Source: Bacilli bacterium
GTDB lineage: Bacteria > Bacillota_I > Bacilli_A > ML615J-28 > CAG-313
Direction of reading: 5' to 3'
Length of the DNA: 64,000 nt
Assembly: GCA_045589955.1 (NCBI GenBank)
Contig: JAZNQD010000064.1
Span: forward strand, 32,203 to 96,202
The notes beneath the pieces are model-generated. The model was not told where the DNA came from. It was given only the letters and a program-made list of their open reading frames with translations, and made no database searches. The translations under genes were made by a program, and so were the position numbers. Positions 18,431 to 30,990 of this stretch are shown here, piece by piece; position 1 is the stretch's first letter; every line of letters starts with the position of its first letter.

Positions 18431-20158
18431 TTACCAAATCAAATCTGCAAATTCAGGACAGTCAATGAATGGATTTCTATTGCCTTGAATTGCTTCAATC
18501 TTATTATTTCTATTGATTTCTAATTCACTAACAGGGTCTAAGGCATTCCATTCTAATAACACATGAATACCTTCACAAACTGAATTAAATGAATAACTGT
18601 CTGATTCAGGGTATCTTACCATTAAATAGAAGATAATTCTTGCGATATCCCCTTTGTAATCATCATTTGGTACATAGTAACCACTAGAATTTCCATATTT
18701 TTGGTTACCACGACTTGAGTTAACAGAAATGCTACATGGGCGAATATGGTGTAAGTCTGCACCTGCACCAGAAGTTTTGAACCAACCTAAGCTTTGTGGC
18801 CATAAGTGTTCTCTGTTCCAGTCATTATTTAAGTCATATGATTTAGGAATTGATTGACCAGTATAGAATAAAATCATATTATTAGGGTTATTTGGGTCTT
18901 CATCAATATCAGGAAGTTCTAACTTACAATCAGAATAAGTAGTGATTTTCTTATGAGTTGAAGTGATTAAAGTTCTAAGAGCTGATTTTAATGCATCACC
19001 TGATAAACCAAGAACTGATTGATAGTATTCTTCGTTATCAATATCTAAGTCACCTGGATCAACTGGTGGACGTTCAGGAATAACTGGTTGGTCAACACCA
19101 TCTTTTAAATCTTCTGGATGATATAAGTATGCAATAAATGTAGTTGTTGCATAAGTGATTTTATTAGCACTATATGTTTGATAAGTCTTACGACTATCAG
19201 TACCTAACATATAGTCAACACCATCAACAGGGTTTGTTAATGTATTTACAGTTTCATCAAATTTCCAAGCATCACCTGGAGTATTTACATAAACAACATT
19301 AATATGTGTTCCACTTGGAACAATATCTAAATAAACTTTTTGATTATTCTTTAAGTGATATACATAATAACCACCATTTGCTTCTTCTAAGTAAATAATA
19401 ATAGATTCTGCAAGAATAGTTGTTGTTTCGTAGTAGTAACCATTCATATTACCTGTAATAAAGAATTCTTTATTTAAAGTAGAATGATTAAGTTTTAAAA
19501 CATAAGGAACGTTTGTTTTAACTTTAATAACGTAGCCTTCTTCAGAGACATCACTATCATCAGGAGTGTAGTTTGGATCAACTTCCCCACATTCACACTT
19601 ACCATCAATGAATTCATGAACATGTGGTGGAATATAGTTTGGATCAACTTCCCCACATTCACATTCACCATCAATAAATTCATGAACGTGTGGAACATAG
19701 TTAGGATCAACTTCACCACATTCACATTTTCCTTCAACAAATTTATGAGTATGTGGTGGAATATATTCAGGATCTTTTTCACCACATTCGCATCTTCCAT
19801 CAACAAATTCATGGACATGTGGAACATATTCATAAATACCGTTTACAATTTGACTTGGAGATGTATATTCACCATAAGGTAATGTTTGAATAGTATAGTT
19901 AATACTTTCTATTTCGACATCCTTAAAATTATAACTTGTTCCAATAACTATTTTTGAATAAGATTTACCGTCTAGTGTATAAGTTATTTCAAATGATAGT
20001 TTTTCTTCAGGGCTTGGACTATCCCAAAGAATTTTTGTTTCTTCGCATCTTAAGTTAGTTGGTGCTGGTGCTTGGTTACCTGCTGATTCACAAGCGCATA
20101 AAAGTCCAATACTTAAGAACATAATTAATATAAATGTTAATCGTTTAAATAATTTCAT
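18431..20158 (-). CDS. Endonuclease I family extracellular nuclease lipoprotein with His/Cys repeats
   Basis: Lipobox LCAC; WNREHLWPQS, DLHHIRPC..VNSSRGN, KGDIAR, QGNRNPFID. Confidence 0.9.
   Translation of the reverse strand: MKLFKRLTFILIMFLSIGLLCACESAGNQAPAPTNLRCEETKILWDSPSPEEKLSFEITYTLDGKSYSKIVIGTSYNFKDVEIESINYTIQTLPYGEYTSPSQIVNGIYEYVPHVHEFVDGRCECGEKDPEYIPPHTHKFVEGKCECGEVDPNYVPHVHEFIDGECECGEVDPNYIPPHVHEFIDGKCECGEVDPNYTPDDSDVSEEGYVIKVKTNVPYVLKLNHSTLNKEFFITGNMNGYYYETTTILAESIIIYLEEANGGYYVYHLKNNQKVYLDIVPSGTHINVVYVNTPGDAWKFDETVNTLTNPVDGVDYMLGTDSRKTYQTYSANKITYATTTFIAYLYHPEDLKDGVDQPVIPERPPVDPGDLDIDNEEYYQSVLGLSGDALKSALRTLITSTHKKITTYSDCKLELPDIDEDPNNPNNMILFYTGQSIPKSYDLNNDWNREHLWPQSLGWFKTSGAGADLHHIRPCSISVNSSRGNQKYGNSSGYYVPNDDYKGDIARIIFYLMVRYPESDSYSFNSVCEGIHVLLEWNALDPVSELEINRNNKIEAIQGNRNPFIDCPEFADLIW
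19562..19828 (-). repeat. Four tandem 63-66 bp coding repeats (HxHxFxxGxCECGExDPxYxP)
   Basis: Visible in both DNA and translation. Confidence 0.9.
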
Positions 20159-20294
20159 AAGTACCTCTTTTCAATTATTAATTATATACTATGTAACACA
20201 AAATGTCAACTTTTATAAGTTTTTAAAAAATTCTATTAATATGTTGAAAGAAAACTTGGAATGTGCTATAATAATTAATATAGGAAGTGATAAA

Positions 20295-20543
20295 ATGTTT
20301 AGACCTTTAAATAAAAAAATATTACTAATTCCTCTTCATGAAGATAAAACTAATACAACTATTTTTATGGGTAATAGCAGCACAAAAAAATATGAAGTTG
20401 TAAGTATCGGTAAAGAAGTTGTTGAGGTTAAAGTGAAAGATCATGTTTATCTAAACGAATCAAAACTAATTCGTTTAGATATTAATAATACTATTTACTA
20501 TCTTTTAGAAGAACAAGATATATATATGATTGTTGAGGAATAA
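20295..20543 (+). CDS. groES: Divergent, short co-chaperonin GroES
   Basis: FRPLNKKILL N-terminus, VVSIG...VKVKDHV, EQDI C-terminus; directly upstream of groEL. Confidence 0.7.
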   Translation: MFRPLNKKILLIPLHEDKTNTTIFMGNSSTKKYEVVSIGKEVVEVKVKDHVYLNESKLIRLDINNTIYYLLEEQDIYMIVEE

Positions 20544-20544
20544 T

Positions 20545-22122
20545 ATGGCAGTTGAGATTAAATTTGCACAAGATATTCGTCAAAAAATCCTAAAAGGTGT
20601 ACAAACAGTAAATAATGCGGTTAGCGTTACTCTTGGGCCTAAAGGTCGTAATGTTATTATTTCGGAAGACTATGGAGCACCACTAATTATTAATGATGGT
20701 GTTTCAATTGCCAAAAGAATTGAATTAAAAGATAAGTTTGAAAACTTAGGGGCACGTACATTAATTGAAGCCTCAATCAAAACCAATGACCTTGTAGGTG
20801 ATGGTACCACTTCTGCAATCATTCTTGCCTCATCAATTATTAATGAGGGAATGACTTTAATTAATCAGGGAGCTAACCCAGTAACTTTAAGAAAAGGTTT
20901 AAACTACTATTTACCAATTATCACAAAACTAATTGAATCGAAAAGTCAAAGCATAACAACTAATAATGATATATATAAAGTTGCATATGTTTCATCAACA
21001 AATGAAGAAGTTGCAACACTTATTGCCCAAGCATATGAACAAATTGGAGATGATAGTGTAATTACACTTGAAGAATCGCAGGGGATTGATACTACATTAG
21101 TTATTGTTAAGGGATATTCATATGATCGTGGTTATTTATCAAGTTATATGTTAAGTAACAATGCCAAAGAAGCTGAGCTTATAAATCCATATATTCTAAT
21201 TATTGATCAAAAAATTAATAATATGAATGAACTTGTTCCCTTTTTAGAATTAGCTATTAAGGATAATCGAGCAATTCTTGTAATATGTGAAGATATCGAA
21301 CAAGAAGTATTAAGTTCTTTAGTTGTGAATAAACTTAGAGGCGTTGTAAATGTTGTTGTCACAAAAGCACCTGGTTTTGGAAACAAGAAAACAAAGATGT
21401 TAGAAGATATTGCCTTGCTTACGGACTGTATTTTTGTAAGTAGTTCGTATAAAGAATTTCCTAGCTCAGAAAATACAAAATTAGGTAGTGCAAAAAAAGT
21501 AATTGTTTCAAGTAATGAAACAATTATTATTACAGATGGAAACGATGAAGTTAACAATCGTATCCAGAATCTTAAAGAAGAACTTCAAAGTGTAACAAGT
21601 CAGTATGACAAAGAAGTTTTAGAAAAACGAATTTCTAAACTATCAGGCGGTATTGCGATTATTAGAGTTGGCGCTTCAACAGAGCTTGAACTTCAAGAAA
21701 AGAAATTACTAATTGAAGACGCAATATGTGCTACACGATGTGCAAAAACTTCTGGAATTATTCCGGGTGGTGGGAAAGTATTTTACGAAATAAGTGAAAT
21801 ACTATCCAACGAAAAATATCAGGCCTTTCCTGAAGCTAAATCTTTATTAATTAACGCTTTGAAACGTCCTTTTTACCAACTAGTTGAAAACTGTGGAATT
21901 AAGGTTTGTGAAGTTTTACCACTCGTAAATGATAAAATGTGGTTTGATGCAAATACTGAAGAAGTAATTGACTTTACTAAAATGCAAGTAATTGATCCTA
22001 CAACTGTCGCAACAACAGTTATTAAAAATGCGATATCAGTTGCAAGTATCTTACTAACAACTGAATGTGGTATTGTCGAAGTATTAGAAAAGAAAGAAGT
22101 AAATGAGGATAATTTATTATGA
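20545..22122 (+). CDS. groEL: Chaperonin GroEL (divergent; no GGM tail)
   Basis: VTLGPKGRNV, NDGVSIA, GDGTTSA, DRGYLS, KAPGFG, PGGG, VIDP. Confidence 0.93.
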   Translation: MAVEIKFAQDIRQKILKGVQTVNNAVSVTLGPKGRNVIISEDYGAPLIINDGVSIAKRIELKDKFENLGARTLIEASIKTNDLVGDGTTSAIILASSIINEGMTLINQGANPVTLRKGLNYYLPIITKLIESKSQSITTNNDIYKVAYVSSTNEEVATLIAQAYEQIGDDSVITLEESQGIDTTLVIVKGYSYDRGYLSSYMLSNNAKEAELINPYILIIDQKINNMNELVPFLELAIKDNRAILVICEDIEQEVLSSLVVNKLRGVVNVVVTKAPGFGNKKTKMLEDIALLTDCIFVSSSYKEFPSSENTKLGSAKKVIVSSNETIIITDGNDEVNNRIQNLKEELQSVTSQYDKEVLEKRISKLSGGIAIIRVGASTELELQEKKLLIEDAICATRCAKTSGIIPGGGKVFYEISEILSNEKYQAFPEAKSLLINALKRPFYQLVENCGIKVCEVLPLVNDKMWFDANTEEVIDFTKMQVIDPTTVATTVIKNAISVASILLTTECGIVEVLEKKEVNEDNLL

Positions 22123-23714
22123 TGAATAATTATGATGAAAAGACATTACTTAATAAAATATCAGAACTAGAAAATGAAAATGCTAAATTGAAAGTTGAAA
22201 ATCAAGATTTAAAGAACAAACTTGAAGTTCAAGATTTAGTTGATCAAGACTATAATAAACCAGTTTCATTAAATGATTATTATTTATCAAAATATCTTGA
22301 TACTCATGATGAAATTTACAAAAGACGCTTAAGTGCTATTCTTAATAAAAACAGTGCTATCAAAGATACACTTGCTTTACTAGAAGAAAAGTATGAAAAT
22401 TTAAAAAAATGTGATACTGATCTTACAGTGGAAGAAGTTAAAGAAGAAATTCAAAAACTAAGAAATGAAAAAGAAGAACTTGATTCGAAACTTAATGTAA
22501 AGATTATTGAACTAACTGACATGATTAAAGCTATCAATAAAATGCTTATTGATGCTAAGAAATATGTTGTTGAATATTATGGCAACTTAGTTCAACATTT
22601 AGGAAAAGCCTCTTTTGATGCGACTATTGAATATATGGATTTTATTATTAATGTTGCTCGTAATACCTTCTATGATCAAAATGTATTAATTAATAATGAA
22701 ATGATTAAAGCAAGTTATTTAAACCGCGAGCTTGAAGATTTAGATAAACAGACTGAGATTGAAAAAAATAATATTGATGAAAGAATAAAAAATCTTTCTG
22801 ATGTTTCTATTAAGGAACAAATCTGTGAACTTGAAGAACAGATTGAAACATTAAAAGAAGATTTAAAACATAATACTTTATTTGCTAGTGAGCTAGAAGA
22901 GTTATTTAAAGACATCAAACAAAAGCATATTAAAGAAATTCTTGATCAAATTAGCTATATGCAAATAAGAGATGTTGTAAATAAAGAAATCGCTAATTCC
23001 TTAGAAGAGTTAATTGAAATTGATTTTGCCTCAATGTTAGAAACAATAGATACTACTACAAGTGCTAAATTAAAAAAAGAAACAGAAATCAAATCTTTAA
23101 ATTTAAGAAAAGCTCAACTTGAACAAGTTCAAAGTGAATACGAGGAATGTTTAAAAGAAGTTGATAATATTGAAGGTATTGAAAACACAATCAATAAAAA
23201 CATTACTCAGATTGAAGAATACGCAAGTTTTGCGATGAAAGCAATTGAGTCTCATGCTAATTATCAACGTATTTATGATGAATATACATCATTAATTACT
23301 AAAAGAGATCTTCTTGTAAAAGAGATTGATCACATACAAGATGAACTTATTACTTTAAAAGAAACAAGACGTGAAAAGGTCCTAGATCCATATGCTCGTC
23401 CAATCATTAATGAGTTAAATGAAAATATTGCTCAAAGAGAAAGCAAGTTAGATCGTTCAAAGGTTGTTTTAGAAAAGTTAGAAAGAGAAATTGAACTTTA
23501 CCCTAAAACAAAAGAAGAAATTATTGTTGTTTCAGTTATTTGTGAAAAAATCAAATGTGAAAAACATTTACCAGATTTATATCAAAAACAAAGAGAGCTA
23601 ACAATGGCTGTTGAAGATAAAAAAGATCATCTTGCTCAACTAAAAAAATCACTTGATGAATATGATGCTTTAAGTGAGAAATTATCGGAATTAGAAAATG
23701 AAAGTAACAATTAG
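22119..23714 (+). CDS. Long coiled-coil protein of unknown function
   Basis: Heptad-rich E/K/L sequence, no ATPase motifs; translationally coupled to its neighbours. Confidence 0.7.
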   Translation: MMNNYDEKTLLNKISELENENAKLKVENQDLKNKLEVQDLVDQDYNKPVSLNDYYLSKYLDTHDEIYKRRLSAILNKNSAIKDTLALLEEKYENLKKCDTDLTVEEVKEEIQKLRNEKEELDSKLNVKIIELTDMIKAINKMLIDAKKYVVEYYGNLVQHLGKASFDATIEYMDFIINVARNTFYDQNVLINNEMIKASYLNRELEDLDKQTEIEKNNIDERIKNLSDVSIKEQICELEEQIETLKEDLKHNTLFASELEELFKDIKQKHIKEILDQISYMQIRDVVNKEIANSLEELIEIDFASMLETIDTTTSAKLKKETEIKSLNLRKAQLEQVQSEYEECLKEVDNIEGIENTINKNITQIEEYASFAMKAIESHANYQRIYDEYTSLITKRDLLVKEIDHIQDELITLKETRREKVLDPYARPIINELNENIAQRESKLDRSKVVLEKLEREIELYPKTKEEIIVVSVICEKIKCEKHLPDLYQKQRELTMAVEDKKDHLAQLKKSLDEYDALSEKLSELENESNN

Positions 23715-24345
23715 TGAAGATATAACAAAAATCCTTCCGGGTTTTTCAGTAATTGCTTACACAATGGATGTTGATAACAAATTAACAGACGGTGTTACAA
23801 CGTTCATCAATAAAGTTGTTGAAGAGAATAAGGATATATATACTTTAGAACAAGTCATTAAAGATCAAAAAATCTTAGAGTCAAGAAATGGGTATAAAAA
23901 ACTTGGCAAAGATCCAAGCCATACTCGTGTTGCTTGTGAAAATCTTCTTCGAAGAATTATAAAAAGACAACCCTTATATCGCCTTGGTGATATAATTGAT
24001 CTTGGAAATATTCTTTCGATTTTAACAAGACGCAGTGTCTGTGTTGTTGATCTTGATAAGCTTGTTGGTAATGTAAATATTCGTATAGGTACTAAAGAAG
24101 ATATATATATCACAATTAATCGTGGGCCATTAAATGTTGATAAAATCCCAGTTTATGAAGATGAGAATTCACCATTTGGTTGTCCATCAAGTGATACCCT
24201 TAGAACAGCAGTTGATCAAAGCACTAAATCAATTTATATAATGATTATCTGTTTTGAACAAACAAATTTAGAAGAAGATGAAAAATTACTAATTGATATA
24301 TATAAAAAATATACCAATGCTAGAAATATAAAAAAGATAAAATGA
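23698..24345 (+). CDS. Free-standing B3/B4 (PheRS-beta-like) tRNA-editing domain protein
   Basis: GKDPSHTRVACENLLRR, DLGN..S, DLDKL, GCPSSDTLRT. Confidence 0.85.
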   Translation: MKVTISEDITKILPGFSVIAYTMDVDNKLTDGVTTFINKVVEENKDIYTLEQVIKDQKILESRNGYKKLGKDPSHTRVACENLLRRIIKRQPLYRLGDIIDLGNILSILTRRSVCVVDLDKLVGNVNIRIGTKEDIYITINRGPLNVDKIPVYEDENSPFGCPSSDTLRTAVDQSTKSIYIMIICFEQTNLEEDEKLLIDIYKKYTNARNIKKIK

Positions 24346-24359
24346 GGTAAAAAATCATT

Positions 24360-26000
24360 ATGGAAAATTCGAATTTTATAAAAACAATAATGAAAAACGA
24401 GTTAGAACAAGGAGTTGTTAAAACCATTTTAACAAGATTTCCTCCTGAACCTAATGCGTATTTACATATTGGTCATGCTCGTGCTATAATTACAAACTTT
24501 GAACTATCAAAATCTTTTGGTGGAGGAACAAACCTTCGTTTTGACGATACAAATCCTTCTAAAGAAGATACTGAATATGTCGAAGCAATTAAAAAAGATA
24601 TAGCTTGGTTAGGCTATGAACCAAGAACAATTAACTATGGTTCTAACTATTTTGATGCAACATATGAAAAAGCATGCCTTTTAATAAAAAAAGGTTTAGC
24701 TTTTGTTTGTGATTTAAACCAAGAACAACTTTCAGAATATCGTGGTTCTATTAATGAACCTGGTAAAGAATCACCTTATCGTAATCGTACTGTTGAAGAA
24801 AACTTACGTTTATTTGAGGAAATGAAAAATGGCAAATATGGAAATGGTGAAAAAACACTACGTGCTAAGATTGATATGGCTAGTCCTAACATCAACATGC
24901 GTGATCCAGTAATCTATCGTATTATGCATGTAAATCATCACCAAACAAAAGACAAATGGTGTATTTATCCAATGTATGACTTTGCTCATCCATTACAAGA
25001 TGCTTTTGAAGGAATTACTCATTCATTATGTAGTATTGAATTTGAAGACCATCGTCCACTTTATGAATGGGTTATTAATAATTGTGAAGTAGAAGCTAAA
25101 CCTCGTCAAATTGAATGGGGACGTTTAGGTATTACGCATATGATTATGAGCAAAAGATACTTAAAACAATTAGTTGATGAAAAACTTGTTATAGGTTATG
25201 ATGACCCAAGAATGCCGACATTAGTTGGCTTAAGAAGAAGAGGGTTTACTCCTAACTCAATTCGTGAATTTATTTTATCAACTGGTCTTTCTAAAATTAA
25301 CTCAACAGTTGATTATGGCATGTTAGAACACTTCTTAAGAGAAGATTTAAAATTAAGTTCTCCTCGTCCTAATGCAATTATTAACCCTTTAAAAGTTGTA
25401 ATTACTAACTATGAAGAAGGTAAAGTAGAATACTTAGATGCGCCAAACAATACAGAAAATGAAGAATTAGGTTCTAGAAAGATTTCTTTCTCTCGTAATA
25501 TTTATATTGAAAGAGATGACTTTATTGAAGAAAAGCCAAACAAACATTGGAAGCGTCTTGCTAAAGGCATCGAAGTTAGATTAATGCATGCATATTTTAT
25601 TAAGTGTAATGAAGTAATCAAAGATGAAAATGGTGAAATTGTTGAAATTCATTGTACTTATGATCCTGCAACAAAATCAGGAACAGGCTTTAATGAAAGA
25701 AAACCAAATGGTAATATTCATTTTGTTGATGCATCAACTGCCGTTAATGCAACATTTAACTTATTTGAACCATTAATTCTAGATGAAAAAGTTTCAACAG
25801 ATAATTTCATGGAAAGATTAAATCCAAATTCATGGGTTGTTAAACATGGATATGTTGAAGAAAGTTTAAAAAATACAAAACCAGAAGACAAATATCAATT
25901 TATTAGAAATGGTTATTATGTTACAGATTATAATTCAAAGGAAGATGAATTGATTTTTAATCGAATTGCGGAGTTAAAATCATCATTTACGGTGAAGTAA
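24360..26000 (+). CDS. glnS: Glutaminyl-tRNA synthetase
   Basis: [45 protein letters not shown]. Confidence 0.95.
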   Translation: MENSNFIKTIMKNELEQGVVKTILTRFPPEPNAYLHIGHARAIITNFELSKSFGGGTNLRFDDTNPSKEDTEYVEAIKKDIAWLGYEPRTINYGSNYFDATYEKACLLIKKGLAFVCDLNQEQLSEYRGSINEPGKESPYRNRTVEENLRLFEEMKNGKYGNGEKTLRAKIDMASPNINMRDPVIYRIMHVNHHQTKDKWCIYPMYDFAHPLQDAFEGITHSLCSIEFEDHRPLYEWVINNCEVEAKPRQIEWGRLGITHMIMSKRYLKQLVDEKLVIGYDDPRMPTLVGLRRRGFTPNSIREFILSTGLSKINSTVDYGMLEHFLREDLKLSSPRPNAIINPLKVVITNYEEGKVEYLDAPNNTENEELGSRKISFSRNIYIERDDFIEEKPNKHWKRLAKGIEVRLMHAYFIKCNEVIKDENGEIVEIHCTYDPATKSGTGFNERKPNGNIHFVDASTAVNATFNLFEPLILDEKVSTDNFMERLNPNSWVVKHGYVEESLKNTKPEDKYQFIRNGYYVTDYNSKEDELIFNRIAELKSSFTVK

Positions 26001-26001
26001 A

Positions 26002-28086
26002 ATGAGCGATTTCTTAGAAAACTTAAATAAAGAACAGCTTTCTGCTGTTATGGCGGTAGAAGGCCCAGTGATGGTATTTGCGGGGGCAGGCACAGGTAAA
26101 ACAAAAACGTTAATTGCGCGTATCATTCATATGATTGAGGATTGCAATATTGAACCACGCCGTATTCTTGCGATAACATTTACTAATAAAGCAGCGCGTG
26201 AAATGCGTGAACGAATTAAAAATTCACTAAGTTCAGATAAAGGATATGTAAATATCTCAACAATTCATTCGCTGTGCGCTCGTATCTTAAGACGTAATAT
26301 TGCTAAACTTGGTTTTAAAGAAGAATTTGAAATTATTGATGAAGACGAAAGCATAAAAATTTTATCAGAAATCTTAAAAGATATGTATATTGATAAAAGA
26401 CAACTTCATCCACGTGCTGCTTTAAAGGCAATTAGTGACTTTAAAAATAATGTTCGCGATTTAAACTTGGACGAAGAAAATGTCTGTAAGAAATATCAAG
26501 CATATTTAAAAGAAAATAATTTAGTTGATTTTGATGATTTATTAGTCTTAACACTTGAATTATTTAATAATCATTCAGATGTTCTTGATTACTATCAATA
26601 TATATATCAATATATTTTAGTAGATGAATTTCAAGACACTAATAAAACACAATTTAACATTGTAAAATTATTAGCCGGAGAAAGACGTAATGTCTTTGTT
26701 GTTGGAGATGATGACCAAAGTATTTACTCATTCCGTGGCGCATGTTATGACAATATGTTTGATTTTGCTAAAGTGTATCCAGATGCGCAAATTTTTAAAT
26801 TAGTTCAAAACTATCGTTCAACAAATAACATCTTAAAAGGGGCTAATGCCTTAATAAAAAATAATAAGCTACGTCAGGAAAAAGAATTATTTAGTGAAAT
26901 TCCTGGTACATCAAAAGATATTATTGTTCATGAAGCATACTATTTTGAAGATGAGTCTCGTTTAGTAATTAATGAAATTGCTCATCTTCTAGCTTCAAGA
27001 AAATATGAACCAAGTGATATTGCAATTTTATATCGTAATAGTGCAATTTCTAGACCATTTGAACTTGGCTTAATTGAATCAAAAATTCCCTATTCTGTAT
27101 ATGGTGGATTCTCATATTTAAAAAGAAAAGAAGTTAAAGATGTTTTAAGCTACTTAAGATTTATTGTCGATCCGACAAAAATTCATCACTTCAAAAGAAT
27201 TATTAACACTCCTGCTCGTGGTATTGGTCAAAAAACTTTAGATAGTGTTTTTGAATATATGGAAGATAATCATTTAACATTATTTCAAGCAATTGATGAA
27301 TTATGTGAAAAATATCCAAATACTAAAAATACATTATTAAAGAATTTTAAAACATTGATTGAAGAACTAGCAAGTGTCATTGAAACAATGGATCTTCAAG
27401 ATTTCTTTGATTTAATGCTTGATAAAACAGGTTATATGGAAATGTTAAAAGATGAAGATTCAGAATCGAATCGTATTGATAATGTTTTAGAATTTAAGTC
27501 TGTACTATATACTGTTGATCAAATTTATGCATCAGATGGATTAAGTCAAAAAGAAAAAATTCAAGTTGGTCTTGATGAAGTGGTATTAGACCAATCAAGT
27601 GATAATGAAGATAAAAAAGGTGTTGTGCTTTCAACAATCCACTCAGTCAAGGGACTAGAGTTTAAAGTTGTCTTTTTAGTAGCACTTGAAGAAGGAATCT
27701 TCCCTGTTATTCGTGATGAATCGGATATTGAAGAAGAAAGAAGAGTTGCGTATGTTGCGGTGACACGTGCTAAGGAAAAATTATACCTTACTTGTGCAAG
27801 TCGCCGTCTAATCTACGGACGTGTAGTAAGAAATAATAAATCACCATTCTTACTTGAATTCATCGTTCCAGAAGATATCAAAGAAAATATCAAAAAAGAA
27901 CAAGAACAAAAAGATCAAGCCGAAGATGGTGAAATCAAAGTTGGTTCTAAAGTTGTTCATACATTCTTTGGTTACGGGATTGTTGTTGAAGCGGATGATC
28001 GTTTTATCAAAGTCCTATTTGAAAAGGGCCAAGAAATCAAAAAACTTACTAAAAATCATCCAACAATAACAAAAATTAAAAATTAA
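26002..28086 (+). CDS. pcrA: ATP-dependent DNA helicase PcrA/UvrD
   Basis: AGAGTGKT, TFTNKAA, VDEFQDTN, VGDDDQSIY, NYRS, STIHSVKGLEF, EEERRVAYVAVTRA. Confidence 0.95.
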   Translation: MSDFLENLNKEQLSAVMAVEGPVMVFAGAGTGKTKTLIARIIHMIEDCNIEPRRILAITFTNKAAREMRERIKNSLSSDKGYVNISTIHSLCARILRRNIAKLGFKEEFEIIDEDESIKILSEILKDMYIDKRQLHPRAALKAISDFKNNVRDLNLDEENVCKKYQAYLKENNLVDFDDLLVLTLELFNNHSDVLDYYQYIYQYILVDEFQDTNKTQFNIVKLLAGERRNVFVVGDDDQSIYSFRGACYDNMFDFAKVYPDAQIFKLVQNYRSTNNILKGANALIKNNKLRQEKELFSEIPGTSKDIIVHEAYYFEDESRLVINEIAHLLASRKYEPSDIAILYRNSAISRPFELGLIESKIPYSVYGGFSYLKRKEVKDVLSYLRFIVDPTKIHHFKRIINTPARGIGQKTLDSVFEYMEDNHLTLFQAIDELCEKYPNTKNTLLKNFKTLIEELASVIETMDLQDFFDLMLDKTGYMEMLKDEDSESNRIDNVLEFKSVLYTVDQIYASDGLSQKEKIQVGLDEVVLDQSSDNEDKKGVVLSTIHSVKGLEFKVVFLVALEEGIFPVIRDESDIEEERRVAYVAVTRAKEKLYLTCASRRLIYGRVVRNNKSPFLLEFIVPEDIKENIKKEQEQKDQAEDGEIKVGSKVVHTFFGYGIVVEADDRFIKVLFEKGQEIKKLTKNHPTITKIKN

Positions 28087-28099
28087 AAGGGGATAAAAT

Positions 28100-30824
<2,725 letters not shown>

Positions 30825-30828
30825 AATG

Positions 30829-30861
30829 AATTAATCGAACAGTTTTGTTCGATTAATTTTT
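30829..30861 (+). terminator. Hairpin/terminator after ligA
   Basis: aattaatcgaaca-gttt-tgttcgattaatt followed by T tract. Confidence 0.7.
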
Positions 30862-30990
30862 ATATAATCAGATATGATGGTTAAAATATATATAAATAAA
30901 TATATAGAAAAAATTATCAGTTATGTTTAAATCAAAAAATATTTATGGTATAATAACTTGTTAAGGTGATATTAATAAAAGGAGGTTCTT

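Noticed and set aside
19495-19882. Alternative-frame ORFs 19495-19833 (-) and 19616-19882 (+)
   Set aside because: By-products of the tandem coding repeats in the nuclease gene
22119-23714. SMC/SbcC ATPase or EzrA
   Set aside because: No Walker A/B or signature motifs and no N-terminal TM anchor; only a generic coiled coil is supportable
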